DNA of 63,958 bases, filler included, from Dimorphilus gyrociliatus (taxonomy: Eukaryota > Animalia > Annelida): NCBI GenBank assembly GCA_904063045.1. It is 4 parts of 4 records of this genome, joined end to end, with 100 filler letters (N's around TTAATTAATTAA, not from the genome) between each part and the next. Parts side by side here need not be neighbours in the genome. Positions count along the whole stretch, not along the records: positions 18,938 to 47,224 come from CAJFCJ010000182.1; 3 more parts are not named here. One strand, 5' to 3'. The position numbers and the translations under genes are program-made. Every line of letters begins with the position of its first letter. Position 1 is the stretch's first letter. The notes below the pieces were generated by a model, which made no database searches, was not told where the DNA came from, and saw only the letters and a list, made by a program, of their open reading frames with translations. Below, piece after piece: positions 25,501 to 37,870 of the stretch.

Positions 25501-27827
25501 TCGTTGTCTCTGGACCAGTCTATTCTCCATTCGGGAATTGGATATCTCGAAAAATGAATTTCGAATGAGACGATATGATATAATAAATTTAATTGAATAA
25601 AGGAAATAGATTCCACTCTATCATATGTGAAATTTGCCGTGTCATTATGAACGGTAACGACATTTCCATTCATTGGACAAGTCGTTAGTGTTGTGGCATT
25701 GTTTTCAAACTTGACTTTAGGGCAAGCAGCTGAGAAAAAAGTATTTTTTTAAAAATGAAAAAACTAACGTCTCTCGCTAAAAGTTACCGTTTAATTTTCC
25801 ATAAAATTCAAATACTGTACATCCAATATTCTCCCATGTGTCTGGATAAATACGAACATGTCTAGCAGTAATAGGCTGATCCAACAGAATTTGAATAGGA
25901 GTGAACGTATATCGTTCAATCGAAGCTGCAAAATTTATAATATCGCCACTGCTATTCTTCAATTTGCTGGACAACGTTGCATAATCGCAGCCAACCGCCA
26001 AATTGAATGATTTAATGTATCCTTCCGATTGGGGAATTGGCGCTAAAGATAATCCATAAAATTGAATTGTTAATGACCATGTTACACCAAACCAACTGGT
26101 TTTGGTTACGACATGGAAACAGGCGTGTTGAAAAGGAAATTCCCTTTGACGGCCCCTCAATCTTGCTAAATAGGGAGAATAATGGAAAGTAGAGAAATAT
26201 TTGATATTTTTTGCAGTCAATTGAACATCTTCTATTAAACCGGATTCCATTCCTAATGGAACTCCTTGTAAATCTGCAATGACGAGGAAAATTCCTTTTT
26301 TGAAATTGTCACAAAAAAAACAAATTATTATTTTTAACCTATAATTGAAATTTCATTGTCCAATCTGAAAGCTCGAATCTCTAACCGGATATCAGGTGAT
26401 GTTTGCCAACTATCGGGATTTATACGTAGACACTTGGCGATAATTGGATGTTTTAGGATGATAACTCGGTCAAAAGACCACAATTTATGACCTAACATTT
26501 TCTGTTGATAAAAAAAAATAAGAATTTCATTTTTTTTCTCTAAAGAAAAGAAAATATTGAAAAATTTTTGATTACAATGATTTTTTTTGTCTGTTTTTGA
26601 GTATACCAAGAAAAATCTAAGCAGTTTAAACTATATTGAAGGTGATGATGTACTATTGTATGTTTAAAATATAGTTCTCCTCCTAAAATATGATAGCCAA
26701 TTATCTTGTAAAGATTTATCAGATCTATTTGTAGCCATTGGTATTTATTTGAGAATTCTAGTCGAAATGTTCCAAACGAATCTTCCGTTTTAAAATTTTT
26801 ATATCTAGCGTCTTCAGGTCTGGAAAAAGTTGCTTTGGATGAAGCTGTAAAACTGGATTCCGGAAGATTATCAATAATGTTCTCTGTATAATTCTTATCA
26901 TTTTCGCATTCCCATTGATAAATTCTGAAATATGAACTCTGCTTTAGAATGACGAAATCTTCGGCGTATACTTTAGTAGGATGAAGATAGCATTTTTCGT
27001 ATACTTTATCCCAAGAAATACTATAACAAAGTCCGTAAACTCCAGACAGACAAGCCTAAGAGGAAGAGCGATTGTAGCGATTTTTCTATTATTATTACTA
27101 AATATAGATACTTTAAGGCATTCGTCCTTTGGAATTGTCTTTAATACGTAATACCTATAATCTCTAAAGCCTTCCAAAACATGCCAATAAGGCCTACATT
27201 CAGTCGGGTCGACTAAGGAAAGGGAAGGATAATATATGTATATTTTTATACCAAAATTAAAAGTCAGTTACCAACTTTTTTTTACTTCACAAATATATCC
27301 AGAATTCAGATTCCAAGTATCTTCTTCGGCTATCCATAATCCATTACTAACGTCAATCGCAATAAAGTGTTTATCATTCGGTATCGGATTTTGAAATTGT
27401 TCGAAATTATGAAATGTGACAGGTGTATTATCATACCAGACGAAATCTGTTAAAAAATTGCCTGTTGTATTTATTCTCTTTAGGCCTAAATAGTAGAAAT
27501 CTTTCGCCGAATGTTGAAGATAGATCTGAATGAATGATAATTTCCTGGCAGATTCAATTTTAATTGGTGTTCCATTAACATTTTGACATAGAGATTCTAT
27601 AGTTGGAATTGAATTTGAGTAGTTATTAAATTTTCCAATACAACTATCAAGATATCTTAGCCATCCATAAGGACAGTTGTCTCCTAATGAAGTAAAAATT
27701 CATCCTACTTATTAATTTCCTTATATAAAATTCCAAAAAAAAAAAACACTCAACCTTTCACAAAAATAGATGATGTAAAAATTGTTAAAGTAGTAAGAAT
27801 GAGAAGATTTTCTGAGAGTATTATCAT
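19566..27827 (-). CDS. Multi-exon secreted mosaic protein: signal peptide, C-type lectin, PAN/apple, >=8 F5/8 type C (discoidin) domains, further CTL and PAN domains
   Basis: ATG at 27827 gives MIILSENLLILTTLTIFTSSIFVK. CTL: CPYGWLRYLDSC...YYLGL...FVWYDNTP. PAN: ECLKACLE..CYSISW...CYL. Repeated discoidin motifs (WLQIDL, QLDLG, LRINP..W...IRLE, RLEVYGC). Short GT-AG introns. Spans an 826-N gap, so continuity is inferred; the 3' end is disrupted. Confidence 0.75.
23930..24538 (+). CDS. Opposite-strand fragment: F5/8 type C domain followed by the start of a fibrinogen-related (FReD) domain
   Basis: YWRPKNSDFQPWVLFYF...LQGTG...YIKSFSI...MQIELYGC, then CLGDWTVLGQNLD....WSRGWLDYKNGF....FWAGN (FReD consensus GGWTVIQRR.DG..F.R.W..YK.GFG...FWLGN). 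Cut by the N gap. Confidence 0.8.
24539..25364. other. Scaffold gap (826 N)
   Basis: N run without the TTAA linker, i.e. an intra-scaffold gap in segment B. Confidence 0.98.
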
Positions 27828-29340
27828 CGTGTTTCCTCGTAACTTTTCGAATGGTCCATAATTGTAATGGATAGGTGAATTTTTATACCTGAAAAAAAAA
27901 AATATTATCCAATTAACGTCAATTGCCCAAACACTGAAAACATAATAGAATTATTCAGTATTGATATGAAAAAAAAAATAGAAACATTCATAAAATGCTA
28001 AAAACAATAAAAGACTTGAAAGATTATGAAAATTATTGGTTATTAATTATTAAATATGTTTGCCATATATATATATATATATTCATAAACTCAATATGTG
28101 TAGTTTATGAACACTTCTGAGGAAAGTTTGTAATGGTGTCAAAATTCCATAGAGACTAGATAGAATATATCTATCTGAAAACATTTACACAATTCAAAAA
28201 TTGAACCTTCAACATTCGATTTCAAATCAATTTATCTATATTTAGTCACCATGGAAAACTATAAAAAGTAGAAAGAAAAAGTCTTGAAAACAGCATCTAA
28301 TGTCTTTTTTTAAATAGAACTTGGGGGTAAAATTTTAAAAGTCATGATAGGCCTAACAAAAAAAAAGTCCAACTGGTCTGTAAACATTTTCAGCATAAAA
28401 AGAATATTATATTAATTATCAATTTTTAAAGGTTAATTGTAGACAATGGAAGCGTAACGAGACGCTTAATCCTTCATTGACTTCATGAAGAATTCGTTTT
28501 ATAACAAATGTAAAAATATATTTCAGCAAAAGTTGTCTACAATCATTTTTAGTAAATTTTCATTAATTTCAAGGAATTTAGGTATTTTAGATTAATAATT
28601 AATTAATTAATTAATCAATGATTCAACCAATCAATGACGTATTTTCTGTTTACAAAAAGAACAAAAGGATAGTAGGCAGCTTTATTTAGAAAATATTACT
28701 CATTTCTATGAATGTTGATAATAGGTTACATGGATTATTAACAATGAATGTTAAATATTTAATTTATCAGTAATTCAATATCAAATATACTGAGAGTAAT
28801 AAACAGTCAGAAAAAATGCCTTTTTATGTATTGTAAGAGTTTGAAAGAAGAAACAATTATTAAGCATCAAATTCAACGAGTCCCTTTAATACAGTAAATC
28901 CAATATTATACTCTGTCATATTGTAATAGCAATTTCTTGTTTTAGTTATTTGTAAACATGTCTAATAGTCAGTTCATTAGTGTAAACAAACCGCTGATAT
29001 TACAAAACAAAATTCAACTAGACAGAATAAAGAAACATATCTTGATGATGGAAAGAATTTAAAAGAAATTCAAATGCAGTATTTTATCTTAGAGGATTTT
29101 TAATTGCAGCACTTCCGCCTACAAAGTGTTGATATTGGTAACCAGCAAACAATGTTTGAAAATGACAAAATGTTAATACTTTTAGTAAAATTAAATGAAT
29201 ATAGACAATTGAAATGTAAAACCTCAATGTAAATAGGACTATTCCAAATAGAACGAATGAAAATATTCATCCTTCTGTATTATCGCTCCTTACACGAATA
29301 TTAAAACATATTGTTGACTTTGAATAAAAAGACCTAAAGA

Positions 29341-29450
29341 TTATATTTCGTCACTTCCGTGTTGGCAATCATATCTCTTATTGCAGAGTTGTTCATCTCG
29401 ATGATAGATACTCTCATTCCCACACAGAACTGGAAGATGAAATAAGCTGT
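29341..29450 (-). pseudogene. Isolated LDL-receptor class A-like exon/fragment
   Basis: CGNESIYHRDEQLCNKRYDCQHGSDE resembles the LDLa C-terminal CD...DC.DGSDE; a stop follows immediately. Confidence 0.45.
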
Positions 29451-30353
29451 AAACAAGTTTATAGACATTGCAGATAAGAGTCTTTGTAAATAAAAAATGA
29501 TTTCTTGACCAATTGATTTTCACTTTCTTGAATGAAGAGAATAGATTATTCCCATGCTTAAATATTTAAACACTTCTATATACCTAGATATAATATATAT
29601 AATGGAATGAACTTTTCAGTATTTTAATCTCCTTCTAACATTGTATAGCAATTGTACTTTGTTGTATTGTAACTGTAGGAATTTCTGGTTTGTCATAACT
29701 GTAATTGTCGTCCTTCCCAATCATTTACCAACTTACCAAAGTACTCACAATTGAACTGCTTTTAGTTCAAATTCATAAATTGAAAGATTAATAAACTGTG
29801 CTTTTAATGTTGGATAGCAAATAGCAATATTCTGTGGATAATTTAATAGAATTCATTGCCACACACTGTATATGTACTGCTTTATGTGAAACTATGTGAA
29901 TACTGCTTATCTCTATAAGTGCTATCTGCACAGTACAATATTGGTTCAATACTACTTATCTATTGCAGAAAATAGCTGACGAAAGCATGTGTACATCTCT
30001 ATTTTATCTTTTATGATTTTTTATCATTCAGATTCATTTTTAGTCAGTCATAGGTGAGTAATGCTCTCTCTCTCTCAAGCTAAATACGTAGTATATAGGT
30101 ATGGCAGTAGGGTTTTTAAACACTACCCACACCCTCTGAAAAGGACTTCATTTTAAAAAAAAACACAGGTATAATAAAATTTAATTTAAAATCAAAAAAA
30201 GTTTTATGGTTGTTATTATCAAATTAACCTGTTATCACGATTTTTAAATGTTGAAATTTGAATGATTTTTAGTTAGTTTTCATAACAAAAATTAAAGAAT
30301 TTTTATAATAATTGCATTCAGATTTCATATTTGATATCAACTTTTTAACAAAT

Positions 30354-33300
30354 ATGGCTGAAAAAGAATGTGATGCTGTAGATGATCAATGTGTAATTTG
30401 TTTGGAATTGAGGACTGTAAAGGATTCAATAGAATTCCCTTGTTGTCATACCTTCTGTCTATCTTGCATAAAGGAATTATCTAGAGATAATTGTCAATTT
30501 CCATGCCCAATTTGTAGGCAGGTTTGTCAAATTGAAAATGCAAGGATTCATTTATTTAAGAAGAATAATATAAACCAGGAAGAAAATAATGAAAAATATA
30601 TTAAAGATAAAGATTTATCGATCTATTCTGAAGAATTTGATTCGGTGTACAAATTAAAAGAATTTCAAGAAATTCAAAGGACTTGTGGCTCATTTGCATA
30701 TTCGCTAAGATTTCCAACAAAAGTAGAAAGTAAAAAACTAATAGAATTGTTGAGTGATTATAATGACATAGAGACAGTTTCTATTGTTAAAATGAAAAAT
30801 ACGGATGTTAATTTTGAATCTATCTGCAAAGTGCTTATTCAGTCATCTGACAATTTGAAATATATACAATTTCAAGAATGTATTATCAACAGTAATCAAT
30901 GCAAATATGTCAGACATTTGCTAGAAAATTGCTCCAAACTTATCAAAATCAATTTCAGTTGGAATAAAACTATGAAATACGGATTATTTGACATTTGTCA
31001 TGGACTTTCTAAATCGTTTAATAGTTTAAAATCTATTAATTTCAGTAATTGTAATTTAAATGAAGGTCAAGGTAACAAAATTGGAGAAATATTGAACAAT
31101 TGTCATAAAATTGAAATTATTAATTTAGCTGGTAATCCTAATATTAGACAAGGGTTTTTAGAGATTTGTAATGGATTATCTAAATCCAAAAATTCTTTAA
31201 AACATATAAATTTCAGTGGTTGCGAAATAACTGAAACTATTTGCAAAACTTTAAAACAATTGTTAAAGATTTGTACTAAAATTCAAAGTATCAATTTTAG
31301 TAGAAATACAAATATGGGAAATGGATTTATGGATATTTGTTTTGAAATTTTTCATTCATCAACTCTATTAACACATTTGGATATTAGTTGTTGTAATTTA
31401 GAGGCTGAACAATGTAAATATATTTGGTATATTCTACAAAATTCCTCTAAACATTTTCAATATTTAAATCTACAAGATAATCAATTTACTTGTCAAGTTG
31501 GAATATCAATATTTCAAAATATCATTGAACATTTTACTCAAATAACAATATTATGTTTATCTAAATGTTATTTTGATAAATCAATTGGTGATTTAATTGG
31601 TAAGGCAATTGGTTGTAATCCAAATCTTCGACAACTCAGGTTGAGTGATAATAATTTTGAATCTGCTGTTGGAAAATCAATATTTCAGAATATAACTGAA
31701 AATTGTACTCAATTAATAGAATTATGCTTTTCAAATTGTTCATTTAATGAAGATATTGGAGAAAGTGTTGCTCATGCGATTAGTTGTAATCCAAAACTTG
31801 AACGACTAAATATGAATGATAATAGTTTTGGTTCAACTGTTGGAAAATCAATATTTCAAAGTATAGCAGTGAATTGTTCTAAATTAACAGAGCTATGTTT
31901 ATCCAATTGTTCCTTTAACAGTGATATTGGTGACATAGTTGGTAAGGCAATTGGTTGTAATCCAAAACTTGAACATCTTAATTTGAACAATAATAATTTT
32001 GGTCCTACTGTTGGAAAATCAATATTTCAAAATATAACTGCAAATTGTACTCAATTAACAGAGCTATATTTATCAAATTGTTCTTTTAATGAAGATATTG
32101 ACAATATTATTGGTTCTGCTATTGGTTTGAATTCAAAACTTGAACGAATAAATTTGACTAACAATAATTTTGGTTCTGTTGATGGAAAATCAATATTTTT
32201 GAAGATAACTGAAAATTGTACTCAATTAACAGGGTTATATTTATCAAATTGTTCATTGAATGGAAGTGTTGGCAATGCTCTTGGTTCTGCTATAGGTTGT
32301 AATCCAAAACTTGAGCAGCTATATTTAAAAAACAATAATTTTGGTTCAACTGCTGGAAGATCAATATTTCAAAATATAATTAAAAATTCTTCTCAATTAA
32401 TAGAGCTATGTTTATCCAGCTGTTCTTTTAATGAAGATGTTGGTGATACAATTGGAAAGGCAATTGGGTCAAATCCAAAACTTAAACAACTAAACTTGGA
32501 TAAAAATAATTTTGGTTCTGAAGTTGGAAAATCAATATTTGAAAGTATAAAACAGTATTGTGGTCAATTAACAGAGATAACTCTATCAAATTGTTGTTTT
32601 AATGAAGATATTGGTAAATCAATTGGATATGCAATTGGTTGTAATCCAAATCTTCGACAACTCAGATTGAGTGATAATAATTTTGGACCTGCTGTTGGAA
32701 AATCAATATTTCAGAATATAACTGAAAATTGCACTCAATTAATAGAATTATACTTTTCAAATTGTTCATTTAATGAAGATATTGGAGAAAGTGTTGCTCA
32801 TGCGATTAGTTGTAATCCAAAACTTGAACGACTAAATATGAATGATAATAGTTTTGGTTCAACTGTTGGAAAATCAATATTTCAAAGTATAGCAGTGAAT
32901 TGTTCTAAATTAACAGAGCTATGTTTATCCAATTGTTCCTTTAACAGTGATATTGATGACGTAGTTGGTAAGGCAATTGGTTGTAATCCAAAACTTGAAA
33001 AACTTAACCTAAGCAATAATAATTTTGGTCCTACTGTTGGAAAATCAATATTTCAAAATATAACTGAAAATTGTACCCAATTAATAGAGTTAAACTTATC
33101 TAATTGTTCTTTTACTAAGAATATTGGAAATATACTTGGTTGTGCAATTGGCCGAAATAAAAAACTTGAATATTTAAACTTGAATGATAACTCTCTTGAT
33201 TCTACTGTTGGAAAATCAATATTTCAAAATATAACTGAAAATTGTACTCAATTAATAGAGTTATGTTTATCCAACTGTTCTTTCAATGAAGATATTGGCA

Positions 33301-36300
33301 ATTTTGTTTCAAAATCAATTGACTGTAACAGACAACTTAACATTTTAAATCTGCAAAATAATAATCTAGGAATTGAAAATGTTTCACAAATGTTGAAAAT
33401 TGTAATTGAACGTTTTTGCAAGTTAAATTGGATATGTTTATTTGAATTTAGCTATGAAATGAGTAATACTATTGGTTTGATAACTGATTTGAATCAAATA
33501 CGTTTCCCAGCTAAACACTTAGAATGGGAAAAGAATAGACATATTAATTTACCAGATAAAACACTCTCATTCATTTGCCCTTTGAAAGGCGATTTGAGAG
33601 AAGAAAATGAAAATCTTGAATTATTCGAAAAACTATTCAAACATTTCAAAACTAAAGGTAATTTTTATTTAAGTTGATTATCCTTTTTTTCTTTTTAAAA
33701 CTGTGTTTCCATTTTTTTTTACTTTTTACAGGTATGTCTTTTTTTGAAAATAAACCAATACATCAAAAGCTGTTGAAAGATAAAGGGACAACAATGGATA
33801 AGAATGAAATTACCATATGGTATGAATCATTTATAAGAGTTTATATATTTTTAAAAGTAACTGATAGAGTTGTAAAGACAAATATTGGTATAATTATTGT
33901 ATTAATGGAGAATTCAATATCTAAAGATACACTTATCTGTGTTGATTATCATAGAGATTCTATAATCTATCATACAATGTTGAAAAGTGGAAAAAAAATT
34001 GGCCAATTGATCTTTCCACAATCCAACAATAAATCAAATATTCATTATGATTTCAATAGAAAATTATTAATTGAAGATGGATCAATAACTTTGAATTTAT
34101 ATGCTAAGACTAGGGAAAGATTTTCATTAAGGAGATTAAAGGAAGAGATTCCATACAATAATCTTTTCCTTGGTTTAAAAGTACTGGAAAACTGTACAAA
34201 TTTAAATAAACTGCAATTATTTCTAACATCAAATATCCAATATATAAATTCTCAAACAAAAAATATTATATTTTTGAATAAATTAAAGAAAATTTCAAAA
34301 TTTAAAACTCAATTTCAATATTCAATTTGTTTTAATAACTCAAATACTTTAACTAACAAATTGAATGTAAAATTTGCTCTAGATGGTTTTGTTTTTACTG
34401 AAAATTTTGCAATCAATTCAATTGAATATCCAATTTATTTAAATTTAAATTATTATGGCGAAACAACACATATTTGTGATAGAATTGATGTTAGACCTAT
34501 TGAAAGATATAGGTCTAACAGGAAATTGTATGATACACATATCTACACAGGAGAAGAGTTCACTTTAAATATTGACAATGCAAAAATCTATTTTCCAGCT
34601 AATTGTTTTAAAGAAAATTTCATAATTGTTTCAATGAGATTAAATTTTAAATATTTAAAAAATGATTCAAATGAAAGATTCCAAAATTTCATATCTTGCC
34701 AACCAACATTAGAGAGATTTAATAAAAATAATCAACCACAATTAGAAATGTCAACAATTTTAAATTATGAATCTGAACAAGATTTCAAATCCAAAATTGG
34801 TGTGAAAAATGTAAAAGTCAACAATTTCTATCAAAATATTGTTCAAATGAATATAATTCAATTCTGTAATATTGGTATTATTGAAAAATTGGAAACTGGT
34901 AGTGAATATTGGATTTCTTATAGTATGAATATAGAAAATATTGGTAAATTCAATAATTTATTCATGCATTATCAAATAACTAGAAATTTAAAGGAAATAA
35001 AGGTAAAAATAGAAACATTAATTTAAATTTTTTTTTAAATTTTAGAAATTTTTTATTGCCTTTAAAAGAAAGGAAATGTAAAGGTACAAAATGGAGGATT
35101 TAAGATAAGGCATGCTAGAATATGTAATATCTCTGATACCACTTTACAGTGCCAATTGAAAAGTGGTGGAAAGATTCTTATATCTCTTGACAGTAACCTT
35201 GAAAGGCTTATCATCAAATTTGAAAATAGTAATTAATGTATAAAAAAAAATTCTTTACTTTTATTCAAATTCTCTTTATTTCTAGACCGAAACGCATTCT
35301 TGCATTTTAAATATCCAATAGAAAATGTAAAGACATTCCAAGCTGAAGTTATATTCTATATTCTTCATAAGGATAGAAAAAAACAATTTTGGAGTGACGA
35401 TTATATTTCCTATTCTGCTGAGGACAAAGAAGATTTTGTACCGAATCATGAAAATTTTATAGAATTTGTTGAAAAAAAAAGTTGGTACTTTATTCATTAT
35501 TTATATTGTTTGAATAACAAAAAAACCAAAATTTTACCAACCTTCAGAACAACTTGTTACTTTTCCATTTGAACCAGTTAGTGATGATCTAAGAAACAAT
35601 GAAAATTTAATTAAAAAAATTGAAACTGGAGTAAGTTAAAATGGTTTTTAAAAAGAAAATTTTTTTTGTCAAAATATTCTACGTATAATTTAGAAAAAAA
35701 ATTTTTTTTCTTTTCCAGGATCTATACGATACTAGAGGATTAACTAATGTTATCATTATAGTTATGACGAAGAATAGACACCTTGGAACGGAAATTGATG
35801 TGAAAAATCTTCGATCACTATTCACCAGTCTAAATTACAATATTGAAGAATGGAGGGATTGCAATAAAATGGAATTAGATAGAAATATTGAAAAGTGGAA
35901 GGGTCAAATGTTAATTAGTGGAAATGAAATTAAGTCATTAATTATATATGTATTAGCTCATGGCCTTAATGAAAGTTTTCAATTGATGACTTCTACTGAA
36001 ATTGATACTGGTTTAATGTCATATAGTGATTTGTTGGCAAAATTCGATGTAAATTATTTAAAGGGAAAACCAAAACTATTCTTTACACAATGTTGCAGAA
36101 GTAATTTAAAAACAAAAATATCAATTCTAAACACTTTTTTGGTTTTATAAAATACTCCTTTTCTTTCTCCTACCAGATCAATCTAACTCTACAACTACAA
36201 ATTTTATAACATTAAATTCAAGCTCAAAGAAATTAGCTGATATGTTTTGTCTACATTCAACAGTTGAAGGTGAAAGCTCTTGGAGAACAGAAAGAGGGAG

Positions 36301-36502
36301 TATTTTCATCAGGGGATTGATGTTTTCAATGTTATATTTACAGTATAGTCAACACAGACTTTTTAAAAATGTAGAAACTTATACGAGATATTTTATGGAT
36401 CAATCAACAGAAAATTTAACATATGAACAAATAGCGGAAGGAAGAAACACAAATAGTAAATCCTACTTTTTCTTCCCTTCAAACAGGGAACAGTATTACT
36501 AG
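30354..36502 (+). CDS. RING finger - RI-like LRR array - ZU5/UPA-like - caspase fusion protein (~1,930 aa, 6 exons)
   Basis: Exons inferred from GT-AG sites and frame continuity: 30354-33657, 33732-35002, 35046-35228, 35286-35630, 35719-36100, 36177-36502. C3HC4 RING CVIC...CCHTFC..C...CPIC; 57-aa LRR pair repeats; caspase p20 with VLAHG and KGKPKLFFTQCCR; p10 with ADMF..HST.EG..SWR...GSIFI. Two single-base A-run frameshifts (~35072, ~35522) must be corrected. Confidence 0.8.
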
Positions 36503-37469
36503 AATACTAATGTCAAGGTGACAAACATTTAAGAACAAGGCTCTGTTGTCTGTAATGCATAAAAAAAGATTTGTACACTTTAAAATAGTGACATTGATAC
36601 TTAAAAATTACAAATGATGGGGCATAAGAAAGAGTCTTTTTTGTAATTAGAATCGTAGACAGATGGAGCCACTATTGAATTGAAATTACAGCAAATATAA
36701 ATTGTAACTGTCTTTTTTCAAATTTTGAAATATGTTTATCGAATCAGTGTTTAACATCCTTTTTTGTTTTTTTATTATATAAATAAATTTGAAAAAGGTA
36801 AAAGTTTGATTTTAAAAAGAGACAAGATTATTAACATTATTGGCAATATTACAAATATGGATTTACCAATTAATTTATGCTTTGAACAATGTATGAATAT
36901 TAATGAATGTGTTAGCATTTCCTACTTGTTTACCAGTTTATTTTATTGCAATAATTTAACAATTTCACCAAATCAAAATACTCACAATATTTCAGGTTTG
37001 TTAACCCTTTATCAATCTATTAGTAGCCCCTCATAAAATGTATCAAAGGAACTCTCTCTTTTTTGTACTGTTTATTACAAGCATTAAATATGACAAGTTT
37101 GAAAATCTATAAATAGTTATATATGACCTTTTGACCTTTTTCATTCTTCTCCTGACATATTTCTATTGAATAGTGAAAGTTTAATATTCAAACGCCATAT
37201 TTGAAAAAAGTAAGAATGACAAAAAATTTAAACTTGCAGTTTAAGAATCATTCATATTTACCAAATGTATGTATGCTCTTTTACCTAAAGTTAAAGAAGA
37301 TCCATTTTGATTGACACTGGCAGGACATCTTTGATTTTTATTTCTTCTGCTGCAAATCCATACAGTTCTCTTCTTTGTTTTAAATTTTATATTAAAAGAA
37401 AAGCCATTATGCACTAGTAAATCCTTTTTGTCATGCCTCTTTGAACATTGATCTGGTATATTCCATACC

Positions 37470-37870
37470 TGTGTTCAATTTCCTAAGATCATTGAGTTGC
37501 CTTTTGCTGTATCAATTTTTGAGCAATTTCTGAGATACCTAAGAGCTTGTGCAAATAAAATTCCTTTAATGGTATGTTTCGGATGTGCAGACTTAGGGTT
37601 AAATAGACAGTAGAAGTCTGTAGGTTTGAAATAAGTTTTGAATTCCAGAGGGTTAAGTTGAATTTTCAAATCTAAGAAGATGGTTGTGTTACCAGCTTCA
37701 GATCTGGTTAGACTGATTTCCTCATTTCTATTGCTTAGGTACTTCTTTCAATCTCTCATCCTCCCCTACAGTATTACTACTCTGCTTTTTGCACACAAAG
37801 AGTATACCATCAATATAACTTCTATACACCAATAGGTGTTCCTTGTAATTTGTAAACACCTCTTCTTCCC
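37470..37870 (-). mobile_element. Penelope-like retroelement reverse transcriptase relic
   Basis: Reads YKLQGTPIG, SYIDGILFV, FKTYFKPTD...NPKSAHPKHTIKGILFAQALRYLRNCS, the PLE RT/thumb pattern. Confidence 0.75.

Noticed and set aside
24090-25673. Long ORFs 24090-25388, 24376-25395 and 24528-25673 in the ORF track
   Set aside because: They read through 826 Ns; only the flanks are real. The same applies to 47277-48737 and 57644-57925 at the spacers.
31400-33370. Regularly spaced repeats as a CRISPR or satellite array
   Set aside because: They are in-frame coding LRR units without unique spacers. No CRISPR array, rRNA or tRNA was recognised anywhere in the window.
30354-36502. Horizontal transfer of a caspase or animal immune genes into a microsporidian
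   Set aside because: Segment B is separated by artificial spacers and has animal-style introns; there is no physical linkage evidence.
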